Source: Adineta vaga (taxonomy: Eukaryota > Animalia > Rotifera). From it: a stretch of DNA of 64,000 nucleotides. Location: contig CP075497.1 in assembly GCA_021613535.1 (NCBI GenBank), positions 620,001 through 684,000 on the forward strand. Direction: 5' to 3'. Under the pieces are notes generated by a model. The model searched no databases, was not told where the DNA came from, and was given only the letters and a program-made list of their open reading frames with translations. The translations under genes were made by a program, and so were the position numbers. Shown piece after piece: positions 10,598-22,871 of this stretch; the stretch's first letter is position 1; every line of letters starts with the position of its first letter.

Positions 10598-13463
10598 TAC
10601 ACCCACACCCACACCCTCAAGAATTTATGTTGTCCAATTTCAACTGCACGTTGGTAGAATGATAGTGCTTTAGAAAATTGTTTCATTTTCTGATACACCT
10701 CTCCAATATTATTGTAATATTCAGCTAGATATGGATGATTTACTGGAAGAATTTTCTGAGTAAGCCCGACTGCTTTTTCAAAAAAGTAAAGTGCTTTCGA
10801 ATATTCGACTATTTTTGAATAGGTCTCACCAATCATGTTGTATATATAAGACAGGTCCTTCTTATTGAATAGAGAATATTTTTCTACAAGTTTCAGCGTC
10901 CTGTCATAAAACGAAAGTGCCATTGAACATTTACCCATTTGTTTATAGACAGTACCCATAATCATATATGATGAACTAAAACTGATATGATTGGGAGAAT
11001 AAGTTTTTCGCTGAATTTCAAGTTCTCTGTTACAAAATTCAGATGCTTTCGAGTATTCTCCAAGGTACCCGTATATAAGACCAAGTGCCATATAAGAAAT
11101 GCTTACACTGAGTTGGTTGATGAGAGAATTTTTTGCTCAATTTCAATTATTTTTTCATATGATTCAAGTGCTTTGAAATATTCTCTAAGTTCTAAATATA
11201 CTGCAGCAAAGTTACGTTGTGTAAAAGTAAAATTGTTAAGATCGAGTGGAAGTGTTTTCCGTTGAATTTCTAAAGCTTTTTCGTAAAATGAAAGTGCTCT
11301 GGTGTATTCTCCAAAATGTTCATACAGGTTACCTATACGATTATAGTCAATCGCTATCAGTGGATCATTCAGCGGGAGATTGACTTTATTGATTTCAAGT
11401 GCTTTTTCATAAGCTAAAAGTGCTTTTGATAATTCTCCCATCTTCTTATAGATATCACCGATGGAAAGGTAGTAAACAGCAAAAATACTATGAGTGGCAG
11501 AATAATTTTTCTGATATACCTGAAATGCTTTACCATAAAACCAAAATGATTTTGAATAATCGTTGATATTACTCGACAGTTTGCCAAGCTTTTCATAGGC
11601 GATAGCCCATTCATCATTATATTCAGAGTATAATTTTTCATACATAGGAAGTGGTTTTTCTGCAAATAAACGTGCTTTTTGAAATTCTCCTTGTTCACTG
11701 TATATCATCGCAATATCGATGTAGTTATTTGCTAAATCTTGATGAGTTTCTGAAAGAGTTTTTTCGTTAATTTCAATTACTTTTTCATGGAAAAAGATTC
11801 CTTTTACGTATTCGCCTAAATTGTAATACGCATTAGCCATGTATGTATAGTCCGAAACTAAGTTTGGATGATGAGAAGAAAAAATTGTTTTGTTCATTTC
11901 AAGACTCTTTTCCAAGAAATGAAGTGCTTTCGAATATTCGATCATCTCAAAATATATAATACCCATATTACTGTATATTGTAGCCAGAGTAGGATGAATT
12001 GAAGGGAGAATTTTCTGATAGATCTCAAGTGCTTTCAAGAAAAACGCAAGCGCATCTTGATAACTGTTGCTTGTCAGTTTCTCACTTCCAAGAATTTGAT
12101 AGACAAATGCTCTGAATTTATCATCCGATGGTTGATTGAGTAAGTTCCTATATATTTGTTCGCACCTGACAGTTTCACCCAGTTGTAACAGTAAATTACC
12201 CAAACGATCCCATCCTATCAAGTTGTCAGTTTTTTCTCGTAAAGATGCAGTTAAAGCACTAAGTTGTGTGTCATTATCAGCTGTAAGAACAAGTTTTACA
12301 TGCCATAATCTGTTGTTTCCATTAATTTGTTCGATATTACCAATACGAAAGACAGTGTGCATAGAAAAGAGAATCTCCTGTTCTGATCCATAACGACTAA
12401 CATTGGTCAGAAGTGCGAAAGGAGTTGTAGATACTATTGGATCAATCATTATTGTGAAAAATATACCCATCATATCCGGATTCAACAAAGCACGACGAGC
12501 AAAACGCTCCGATACCTGTGGATTTTTGCTGGGCGACAAGAAATTGTGAAAAGACAACAGTCCTCCTTTGGTATACATCAATGTTTCAAAAGCTGTCTGT
12601 GTCATTCCTTGTCCTCGATAGACAGTAATAGGTTGCCATTGTCTCTCATTTGATTGTTCGAAATAGAGTTTTTCGATTTGTCGATGAAGGCATTGAATGA
12701 AAAAACTCATCTTCAGAATAGTTTCTACTTCAAGATTGCACAATGCCTGATTAAGCATTCGATAGAGAAAACTTTCATAAGTGTACCACCAAATAGGCGT
12801 ATGATTATGATAATCTCGTTCAAATTCTGCTATTTTTTCTAATTCACTTTGTTTGTTAGCATATTCATTACGACAATAAGCAGTAAGTTCTTTAACAGCT
12901 TGTACATCATCATAATCTGTTTCCAATAGGATTTCTTTAAATAATTGTGTATACATAAAAGTTTGATCTAACTGATTTAAATTTTGAGTAGACGTTGAAC
13001 TTGTTGTTGCGGAGACAAAACTCATCGAGATTACATCTTGATCACATTGTTGCACAGCTTGCTTTATTGACTCATATAGAACTTCAACTTTGATAAAGAC
13101 ACCTCGAATTTTTGTCCATTGTTCATGATAATCCTTGTTTTGACAGAAAACGAAGATAGTTTGAATCTGAGACATATCATGGATTTCTGGTACAATCTTT
13201 TGACTGAACCTATCGGAAACAATTATGAAAATATATGCAGTTTTATTATCACGAAGGAAATTAATGCATTGATCAACATCAGTAAAGATTTCGATGTTAT
13301 TAACAATCTGACGGAGACGAGAGAGAAAATAACGAAATACATCTTTAGATTCGTCAATATTGACATCCAGCCAGACGAGTCGAAAATTCTGCAAGCTACG
13401 TTTTCCTCTGATGCTGATATCTGTAGTCAATTGTTGCATTGAAACATTGCCGTTTTTATCCAT
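10597..13463 (-). pseudogene. Receiver-like domain + ADP-ribosyltransferase + TPR array protein, frameshifted at about 11103 and 3'-truncated
   Basis: N-terminal LVWLD...IFIIVS...IFVFC domain, ART motifs VYRGQGM / FLSPS / SEQEILF, then TPRs. ORFs 11103-13463 and 10597-11091 are one base out of frame. The C-terminus runs into a telomere-like motif (RVWVWV*). Confidence 0.75.
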
Positions 13464-13931
13464 ATGACGTGTATGTGTCTATAATTATCGACTGAAATAT
13501 AAAATAAAGTAAACGGTTTTTTTCGATTTCTTAAATTAATTGAGGGTGTGTGTGTATAGATGAAGTTCTAGATCGTAAAACCCATACCCTCACGATTCAT
13601 TTCATAGAAAAAAACGAATGAAATTGATAGCGTTAAAGTATCGTTGATTCGACGGAAGTAAAAAAGTGCTTACAGATAAGTCATCTGACACTATCATTAC
13701 CTTATGTGTATATTTTTGTTTTCTTTTATCATACAAAATATGTATATTTACATGTGTTTAAATACAGCTTGAAGGTGGGAAAAAACAACGTAAGTAATCT
13801 ATGAAGTATGACTAAGATTAAATGAGAAAGGAAGGATAGGTAAGTAAAATATATATTATTCCCTTTTCTGAAAGACAGGGTTATAATGGATGTCAATCAT
13901 ATTGTTTATTAAATCAAATCACATGTTTATA

Positions 13932-15108
13932 TTAAATCAATGCATAACTAGCCATTGATGCAATACCACATTGATTATTTTTATTTCTTGCCATGAAAAC
14001 ATAACCATCCATACCCCATTTTGTTGTCCATTGATTTTTAAGAATATAATAATCTTGATTATCTGATGTTGTATCATATCCAATAGCCAAGAGTGAAAAA
14101 TCTAAATTTGTTGATGAACAAGCTTGTTCAGAATAAACACCTGATGAATAAAAACGAAATGAGTCATGACTTGCATCCATTGCAACTGCTATTGGACCAA
14201 TATTTGCAAGTGCATCTTGAAAATCACTTTCAGACCCAGCTTTGATATCAACATAGTTCTTAAAAGAAAATACGATAAGAGAATAATCTTTATTTGAAAT
14301 AAGAAAGAATAATTCAACTTACATTGACATCAGTTGCAATAGTTTTAACATTAAATCGACATTTTCCATCAATAGCTTCATATGGATAACTTACATTTGT
14401 GTCAATTCCATGATTATCAACAAGATATTTATATGAATTATCCATTAAACCTCCACAACATCCATCATTTCCATAAGATTGTGAACAATCAACAAGTTGT
14501 TGTTCAGATAAAGTAACCAGTTTTTGTGTCTTTTTAGCAATTTGTCCTTCTAATGTACCAGTAGTAGAAAAAGCCCAACATGAACCACATTGTCCTTGAT
14601 CTTTTACAGGTGTTACATATCCTTTTGTACGCCAATCTAAATTATAATAGAAATAAATAATCAATTTACACTATAGAACAAAAGTTCGTTTTACCAACAG
14701 ATGTTGGAAGTTTTGTATTTGATGAAATATGAAATTTTTGATTTGTTGTGATTTCTGAGTTTACTTTTAATCCATTCATTTGTTTAACAAATTCACCACG
14801 TGTCTAAAATAACTCAAATGAAATTAAAAGTCAATTTATAGAGAAGGACGAACAAGATCCGCAAATTGATTAACTTTCATTGTGAATGTATGAAGACCTA
14901 AATCAGCTTCTAAATTATGTTTTTGAATCATTCGAACATTATCTTCCCAAATATTTCGTCTATGTTGTTCTTCATTAATTGAATAATATTGTTTTTTATG
15001 AAGATTTTGAAATAATTTCCATGCTTGATCTAATGATGATGCTCGAAGACTCGAACAAAAACTGATAAAAAAGGTAAAAGTGAAGAATAGAAAAACGGTT
15101 TTATTCAT
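13932..15108 (-). CDS. Cathepsin L-like papain-family (C1A) preproprotein with catalytic His replaced by Phe; exons 15108-14854, 14803-14695, 14636-14323, 14258-13932
   Basis: Signal peptide, ERFNIN-like propeptide ([20 protein letters not shown]), [30 protein letters not shown], then [10 protein letters not shown] and KNQW. All three GT-AG introns keep the frame. Confidence 0.9.
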
Positions 15109-15582
15109 TTTGTTTTAATGAAATTTTATGTCGTTAATCTATTCTTTTTATATTCAAATATTTTCTTGTCATGTCATAATAGAATGATAATGCATTTGAT
15201 AAGAATAAATATATTTTTTTATATAAAAATCTATGACCTGAATATACGTCATTATTTATCTTTTCAGTTTGAAAATACGCAGCAGGTTTTTTTTTCAAAA
15301 TATGGAATGTAATAAATATAAATCATTCATTTAGATATTTATTAATACTTGTATTCACTGATGTTCAGATATTAGGTTTGAATAATAACACAATATGATC
15401 ATGTGAAAAGAAAAAGTAACGATTAATATATATTCTAAATGTTGTTTCATTTAACATTCTTTGATATCACTCGCTTTCTTAAAGGTGTGGGTGAATATCT
15501 GACAGTCACCTTCCCCATCCTCAAGACACATATCGGGGGAAAACGCGGTTTTACGCCTTGTTTTTCACTGCTTATCTGCCAT

Positions 15583-15643
15583 CTTGAGGGTGTGGGTTAA
15601 GGTATCTCTTCTTCTCCCACACTCACACCCTCACCCGCCCCTC
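15583..15643. repeat. Telomere-like hairpin element
   Basis: CTTGAGGGTGTGGGT, spacer GGTATCTCTTCTTC, then CCCACACTCACACCCTCA. A second degenerate copy lies at 15483-15524. Confidence 0.75.
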
Positions 15644-15770
15644 AACTACCCATATATATATATAGATTGCACAAATTTACTGTTTCAACGTCACACTCTG
15701 TAATCATTAGACATTCATGTTTGCCAAATAAAATCAACAAGAGAAAAAGAAGTTAAAGGATAAATAAAAA

Positions 15771-17741
15771 TCATTGAGCAATCGTAGGAAATGAAGTAAT
15801 ACGAAGTCGTGCGGAGCCCATTGGTATCAATGTAAGTATTTCATCAGGTTGATCACTTTTAACAGGTGATTGCGGTAATAATCCGATTACATTTTGACTG
15901 TCTGCTTTCCATTCTGGAATACGACGACCTCGAGCTTCAATATTAAGTGGTACTGTATTTGTTGTAAAATGATTTTCTGAATTAATCTTATTTTTATTAC
16001 GTTTAATGACCCATTTGTCAACACTTGATAAGAGTAAACCATAATTCCAATTTGATTCTGTTGTTACTTGATATTCGGGCCACTCGTCTGTACCACTTAT
16101 GCGAGTATATTGTTCGTTCAAAGCTAGAGAAAACGTTAAAGGTCCATAATTTACAGAAACAGCATTATGATTTGATGTCCAAGTTTTCGTATCTAATTGC
16201 ATTGGTAATGTCAATGATAAAACATCATTATTCATCCAAAGACGATCAAGAATAATGAATGAACCATCGCTTGGCGTTTGTCGATTAAAAATAGGTATTC
16301 CATTTAATGTAACAATTGGAGATTTCACACACCAACGTGGTACACGTAAATAAAGTTTAAATTGTGTTGATGTTGACAATTGAAATCGAAACTGAATCTT
16401 TTCGTCAAATGGATAATCTGTTTCTTCAATAATTGTTACTTGAGTTCCATCGTTGGCGCCAACTAATGCTGTTACTTGATTCGATACATATAATGCAGCA
16501 CATAAACCACCATCATACGTAGCTAGCCATGCTTCTTCACAATAATATGGCCATCCTATACCATAATTGTGTGGACAACAACGATACTGATACACTCCTG
16601 GTTTATAAGCAAGCAATGCCCATCCATTATCTTCAAACTGATTTTGAGTTTTAACTTGATCATCAAGTTGAATAGAATTTGGACATGTTATATAATGTAA
16701 TCCACGAGCTACAAATGGATCAAATGCAGCTGGTAATGAATTAATTGCGAGTGTTTCACATCGATCGAGCCATAAACCATCGCCTGTAACACGTGCGAGC
16801 ATTTGAAATGTATGCATAAATTCGACAATGCCACATGTTTCAAGACCTTGTCGAGGATCAGAATAACCGGGACGACAATATTCATCACCAGCAATACTTC
16901 CACCCGGAAGTTGTCCATATTGATCAACAAGACTTTGATACTGGTTATAGGTAGCTTGGACTAATCGAGGATCAGGTGGATTAACAAGAAGAGAATAATA
17001 TGCTGGTTCACGAAATCCTTGAGCAAAATTCACATTATGTAATGTTGGTGTTGTATTAACCCAATCTACTGAATTAGCATGAAATTTATGCATTAAATCA
17101 AGTAGCCAATCTGTATTAACTGTTCGATTGTACAACCAAATCACTGTGTCGATACCCTCAGCCCATCGGGTACCACCCCATCCGCGAGTAAATACGGCAA
17201 CTGGTTGTTGACTAACAAACTGAAACCATTTCAAAAGAAATGGAATAACACGTGCATCACCAGTACATTCATACAATGAACGAAAAATATTTGCAAACAG
17301 CATTGCTGGCCATAAATCAGCAACACCTTCAAGCGATGTTCGTAAGGTATTCGGCCCAAACCATCCATCAGCTTGCTGAGTAGCTATTACTCCATCGATC
17401 CAACGATGAGCTAAGTTTAAAACAGTCTGATCGCCAGTAACGAGACCGAGTTCAGTATATCCACGTAACCAATACGGTAATTCTTCCCATGCTTTCTTAG
17501 TTGAATCAACCCAACCACATGTATCATAATCAAGATATCTAGATATTTCAGAAAGTCGCCCATTCAAACCATTTAATTGAAGATTTATTTGACCAAGTAA
17601 CCAACCACCAGGTTTAACTGCTCCAGCTGGAAGTTTCTGAAATGGAACTGGTTGAATTGGCGCTCGATTTTGAACATAATGACTATTTTTTATATCATCT
17701 GTTGATGATATTTGTACACGACGAACAAGACGCACAGTCAT
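15771..17741 (-). CDS. GH127/GH146 beta-L-arabinofuranosidase-like glycoside hydrolase (DUF1680 type)
   Basis: 656-aa intronless ORF with VKPGGWL, WEELPYWLRG, LHNVN, GDE, ETCG, RCCPHN, ETDYPF and LRVPRW, matching the Zn/Cys-nucleophile glycosidase pattern. Confidence 0.85.
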   Translation of the reverse strand: MTVRLVRRVQISSTDDIKNSHYVQNRAPIQPVPFQKLPAGAVKPGGWLLGQINLQLNGLNGRLSEISRYLDYDTCGWVDSTKKAWEELPYWLRGYTELGLVTGDQTVLNLAHRWIDGVIATQQADGWFGPNTLRTSLEGVADLWPAMLFANIFRSLYECTGDARVIPFLLKWFQFVSQQPVAVFTRGWGGTRWAEGIDTVIWLYNRTVNTDWLLDLMHKFHANSVDWVNTTPTLHNVNFAQGFREPAYYSLLVNPPDPRLVQATYNQYQSLVDQYGQLPGGSIAGDEYCRPGYSDPRQGLETCGIVEFMHTFQMLARVTGDGLWLDRCETLAINSLPAAFDPFVARGLHYITCPNSIQLDDQVKTQNQFEDNGWALLAYKPGVYQYRCCPHNYGIGWPYYCEEAWLATYDGGLCAALYVSNQVTALVGANDGTQVTIIEETDYPFDEKIQFRFQLSTSTQFKLYLRVPRWCVKSPIVTLNGIPIFNRQTPSDGSFIILDRLWMNNDVLSLTLPMQLDTKTWTSNHNAVSVNYGPLTFSLALNEQYTRISGTDEWPEYQVTTESNWNYGLLLSSVDKWVIKRNKNKINSENHFTTNTVPLNIEARGRRIPEWKADSQNVIGLLPQSPVKSDQPDEILTLIPMGSARLRITSFPTIAQ

Positions 17742-19207
17742 CTGAAAATATACAAACTAAATTTACTTGTCATCTCAAATTCAACCACAATCTTTGACCA
17801 TGCTACTGTTCAAAAAGATAACAGTGCTTTTTATTCTAAAGCAATATGTTTCTACATGCGTTCCAGGATTATAAACCCCAAAACAGACGATCACATAATT
17901 ATTTCTCGACCTTTGCCCATCTTTCAAAAAGTATTGAAAAAATCTTATCACAAAGTTAAATAGCTAAAGTAAGTACATTGAATGTGAATGGAATATCCTA
18001 CTTTTTACCACCATATCTGATGACTACCATTATCTCTTCTAGTTAAAAGACATTATTTTATTGAAAAAAACTTCGTAGACCTTGTTTATTTTAAAAATTT
18101 TGAGAGAACTTTTGTGGCGTCAGATTGACCATCGTCTTGTTACGCCTAGGAATAAATGTTTGAAAAAGAAATATGTATAAATATATAGTGATGATTTCTA
18201 AAGTGGTGTAGAAAAAAAACTTTGCATCGTAGATTTCCAGTGCGGTCCCGGGATGTCCTTACAATTCTTTATGATCTCATTGTACTTAGTACATAATCGG
18301 CTTTCAAGGAATGTATAGGATTCGAAATTCGTAGAGTTATATTTTCATTTTCTCTTCTGCTCTAAACAACAAAGGTATCGCAATATCCTACCAGTAGATT
18401 CCGTAATAACTCGTTTTATAATGATTCTCCTCAATAAGCTCAGCGAACGCTGCCGCTGTGGACATCTCTACACAATGCATATCACTTCAATCTGCACGAA
18501 TTCAGCAAGCATAGAGTCTTTACGTGTTGCTGAAATTCAAATAACTTATCTCATTATGATTGACGGCGTTGTCCTAAAAAACAATTTTTTATTCATCTAA
18601 AGTGCCATCCGTATGAGTAGATGCTGATAAGAAAACAACCGATGTCTGTAGTGTTTTCTTTCAAGATGATTACTTCGCTTTTGGTTCACTAAGATAAAAG
18701 CACGTTAAAATAAGTTACAAAACTCACACGCACACATACGATAACGTTTTCTTCATATAACTATTTTGGCCATCCTTTTTATCTAGATATACGCACATAT
18801 AGTATCAGGTACATAAATACGATCACTGGTTGAATACCTGCATCAGAATGAGAACGAGAATGTGGATGTGTTTGCGGCGATGCACGAGTAAGTATTCACA
18901 TTTGGCTAATTTCTCATCCGCAATTCCAGAAGAATCTTACACCAATTGAGACAAACATGTACATAAAACTAGAGAACATCAAAATGATATTAAATGTTTA
19001 AAAGAGTATACTAACGGCTGTAGGTATCTTCTCTTGAGATGAAACTGATACTATCTGCGAAAGAGCCTGAGAATATATATTCAGGTAGATAAGAAACACT
19101 CCAAAACTCTCTTTTTTTGCGCAGCAACATTTGCTGTCATGGTTAAAAAGATAATTAAAGGATCGAAGAAACTATTTATAACATTTTTGTACCTACAATG
19201 TTCTTAA

Positions 19208-19439
19208 CCCTTTGGGGACGAGCGTGGTATATATACCATTTCGAGTATATCTCACATATCGGGTACCGCAGAGCTCTCCGGGACGAAACATGATCTCACG
19301 CGATACGTGACAGGATGAGACATGATCTTCTGTAACAGAGGCCGGGCCGAGACTGATCTCGCGACTCGCGAAGCTCTGCGATACCCAATTTTTGAGATAT
19401 ACTCGAAGTGTTATATATATCACGCCCATTCCCAAAGAG
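19208..19439. mobile_element. piggyBac-like MITE (about 232 bp)
   Basis: TTAA flanks at 19204-19207 and 19440-19443. Ends are CCCTTTGGG...CCCAAAGAG, with about 65-bp imperfect inverted arms (TTCGAGTATATCTCA / TGAGATATACTCGAA). Confidence 0.8.
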
Positions 19440-19481
19440 TTAAAGGCGCTAAATCTAGAGTTCAACGACATATATCAACTG

Positions 19482-19850
19482 ACTTGAGGGTTGGGTGCAG
19501 ATAATAAAATCACACCCATATTACCCGGACTTCTCAAGGAAGAAATATATATATCTAGGCGAAGAGAATGATGGACACTAAGCGAATGATGGGGTGTGTG
19601 TGTATAGCGACAGAAGACAATAATATATATACCCACACGCGGGACCACTTTGCGGTTCTCTAGGTGTGGGCATAGATGTTATTGTCGTCTATCGCCATAA
19701 TACACACGCACCCTCATTCGCTTAGTGCACCTCATACGAATAAGTCACATGTCATTCTCTTCTTCTGGACATACATATCTCTTCCTTAAGAGGCTCGGGT
19801 AGTACGGGTGTGATTGTACTGTCTGCACCCAGATCCTCAGTCTCACATAA
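19482..19850. repeat. Long imperfect palindrome (foldback element) of about 370 bp
   Basis: Arm pairs GGGTGCAGATAATAAAATCACACCC / GGGTGTGATTGTACTGTCTGCACCC and CACTAAGCGAATGA / TCATTCGCTTAGTG, centred near 19650. Confidence 0.8.
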
Positions 19851-20057
19851 CCACCGTCACCCTCAAAAAATTGTTAAAATCCGTCTAGGCAAACAGAAGT
19901 TAATAGCGAAATACACCTAAAATCTCAATTGTACCAAAAAAGTAGCAATACATTCATATATTCATTACCATCGAATTTTTTCTCCATGGATTATTACTCT
20001 CCAAATTTCTTAATCTTTTATCAAACAAAAGTGAAATGAGATAAGTTATGAGTCTTC

Positions 20058-20728
20058 CAGTGATGGGATCGGTTCGTGTTTTTGCAAAATCGAACCGAAA
20101 TATATTGTTCCTCTCAAAGACTAAGAGAACCATATCAAAAACATCTGTGTTTAAAAATGTTTTTGAGCACTTTTTTCGGAACCTTTTGGATCTTTGCCAT
20201 AGCCAAGTTTAAAAAATAATTTAATTTTGAAGTTCAAATGTGTTCAAAATTAGGTCCATAATCTTCTGGAGAAAGTTTCAACGGGACTGAAAACTTGGAT
20301 ATTTAAATTATTTAAAACTCATACGACACATTAGCAGTTACCTCCAAATATTTCTAATATGGAAGGAGATTACAAAATTCTATGCAGTAAAGAATTATAA
20401 GTGATCCGTTGAAAAATTTTTCGATCGTTGATTTCCCTATCGATAGTGATAAATCAAAAATTCATTCCACCTAGGTAACTAATTCGACCGCCAAATAATT
20501 TGAATTATTTTTAAATTTTACAATAAGAAAAACTTCTGTAAAGAAAACATATAAACATTGTTAATTTTCCACTTTCACATCGTTTGTAATTGAATTACAA
20601 GACATTCTAATTGGACGACATCTTTTTTATTCTGACTATATGTTTCTCTGTTGCTCTTATTAATCGACGTCAAAAAAACAATGTGTTCACTTTACTTTTT
20701 CAAATGTTTGGAACCGATCTCATCACTG
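20058..20728. mobile_element. Non-autonomous hAT-type DNA transposon (671 bp)
   Basis: TIRs CAGTGATGGGATCGGTTC / GAACCGATCTCATCACTG with a perfect 8-bp TSD GAGTCTTC (20050-20057 and 20729-20736). Confidence 0.9.
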
Positions 20729-21285
20729 GAGTCTTCATATTTCTATATAATATCTATTTTCTAAAATGAAATAGAAATTAAATAAATCGTTTCAGTTATT
20801 CTACGATGCCTCCAATATATTAAGTGTTTTATAATCACTCATATTTGAAAACAACGCAATTTTCTTTTAAAAAACAATCTTAAAACTTATTTTTCTAATA
20901 TTTCATGTCGGTAAAAATTCCTAACTTTTGATAAATCAATATACGAAAGTCCTTGAAAATCTTTCCATTTATCACTCTATGTACTAAGTTCTATTGAGAT
21001 ATTTTGAAGGTTATTTAGAATACTCAACGATGTAATTATATAACTTATCTTTTTTATTGTCTATGATAAAGTATACACTTGGAGAATGATAAATGTGAGT
21101 TATTTTTGTCTTTCTATACAAAACTCAGTCTTTAATATATTAGATATTTAAATTAAAATTTTGAGTTTGACATGTAGTGTAGATTCTCAAGATGAAGATT
21201 TAATTATTCATTGATTAAAATAAAAGAAGAATTAATATTATGAGAATAAAAAAGAAAATTATTGAATAGTTAAATAAAAGTTCTT

Positions 21286-22348
21286 TCAACTTGATGATTT
21301 TGAACGAATGTTTGTTTTAACTGATTGTCTTGAATTTGATAAATTGTGTCTTCTTCGACGAGGATGAAAAATAATTTGAAATGTTTTTGTTCGTATAACT
21401 GAACTTGTCATTAATAAAATAGGAAAATGTGAACAATGATGAAGAATTTCCATTAAATCTAATATAATTGATATATTATTTGTTACCATTTTATGATTAT
21501 ATATTGTTGACCAACCATTTAACATTCCTATTGGTGTTGTTAAAATAATAAATGTTATATTTGAAAGAAAAACATATAAAATAACACTTTGTTCTCTCCA
21601 ATCATAAGTTTTTCTTGTACCTAAACGATTTCGACGTTGATAAGAACGAGATTTTAAACCAATGATTAATATTATATTTGTTATTATGATTAATATTGGT
21701 AAAATTAAATTATTTAAACCAATAGTTTCAATAAATATTAAATCACTTAATGAATATTTATAACCATAAGATTTATAAAAAGCATTATCACATGAAAATA
21801 ATATTGATAAATTATTTAATTTAATAAAACAATATGAAACATTATATGGAATAAATAAAAATGGATGATCATAAATAATAATAAATATTATTATTAATAT
21901 ACTTATTAATTGAGCACGTTTACGACTTATTAAATAATTACGATTATTTGTCCAAATTTTTAAATTACGTTCAATTCCTTTAAATAAAAAAAATAAAATT
22001 TTATTTTTAGTTTTTAGTTTTTTTTACTTTACCTAATGCCCAAAGAAATGAATAAGATAAATTTTCAGTTGTTAATGTTAAAAACCATGTTATTGAACAA
22101 ACAAAAAATGGATGTTGAATATATAAATAAATAATATGTAAAACATATTCAGATAATAATTTCATTATATCGGATACTGATAATGCAATTATAAATATTC
22201 CATATGGAGTTTTACAAAGAGATTTTGAACGAATAAATAATAAACATGAACAAATATTTAATAAAATACCAATTATTGTTAAGAAAAAACCAATAAAATA
22301 AAATGAGATAATTAAATTTTCATTTACATTTTCACATGAAGAATTCAT
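21286..22348 (-). CDS. Rhodopsin-like 7TM GPCR; exons 22348-22033 and 21977-21286
   Basis: TM1 GILLN, TM2 ALSVSD, an IER at the DRY position after splicing, further hydrophobic helices and a basic C-tail. Confidence 0.75.
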
Positions 22349-22871
22349 TTTTAGAAATTTTATCAAACTTACTTTCTACAAGAAAAAAAAAGAATAAAGT
22401 CATTTCTCATTATGGGTGTGTCAATAAAAGTAAGAAAGAAAGCGGATGTTCAACAAGAACTTGAAAAAACTAGGCTTATAAGATCTTTAATGTTAATAGT
22501 GCATCCCTGAATATTCATAAAGTCTCATTAATATTCAAATTACTTTTTCTTTTGAACATTGCTTTTTCCTTTTGATTAATGTTATTAATAGAAAATCATG
22601 TTTTTTATCTTTATCAAGCACTTGTCATTTTATATTACATTAGTTTTTCTTCGTTCTATTACATTATTTATGATAATCAAATATTTATATATAGATAACA
22701 ATGTCACATTTATAAAATCATCGAACTCAAATATTTCACATCATCAAGGGTGTGGGTGTTCAGTCTTCACCTCACACCCTCAAAAAATACAAACAATTTT
22801 TCAGTAAAATCTGATAGAAAATACTTTTATTCGATATTATTCATGTTTCAATAAAAATATAACGTTAGAAA

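Noticed and set aside
3443-17741. Bacterial or fungal contamination explaining the foreign-looking genes
   Set aside because: P450nor and the secreted ART have short host-type introns, share the AT-rich composition, and are interleaved with cathepsin L and the same hairpin family. This still needs read-level confirmation.
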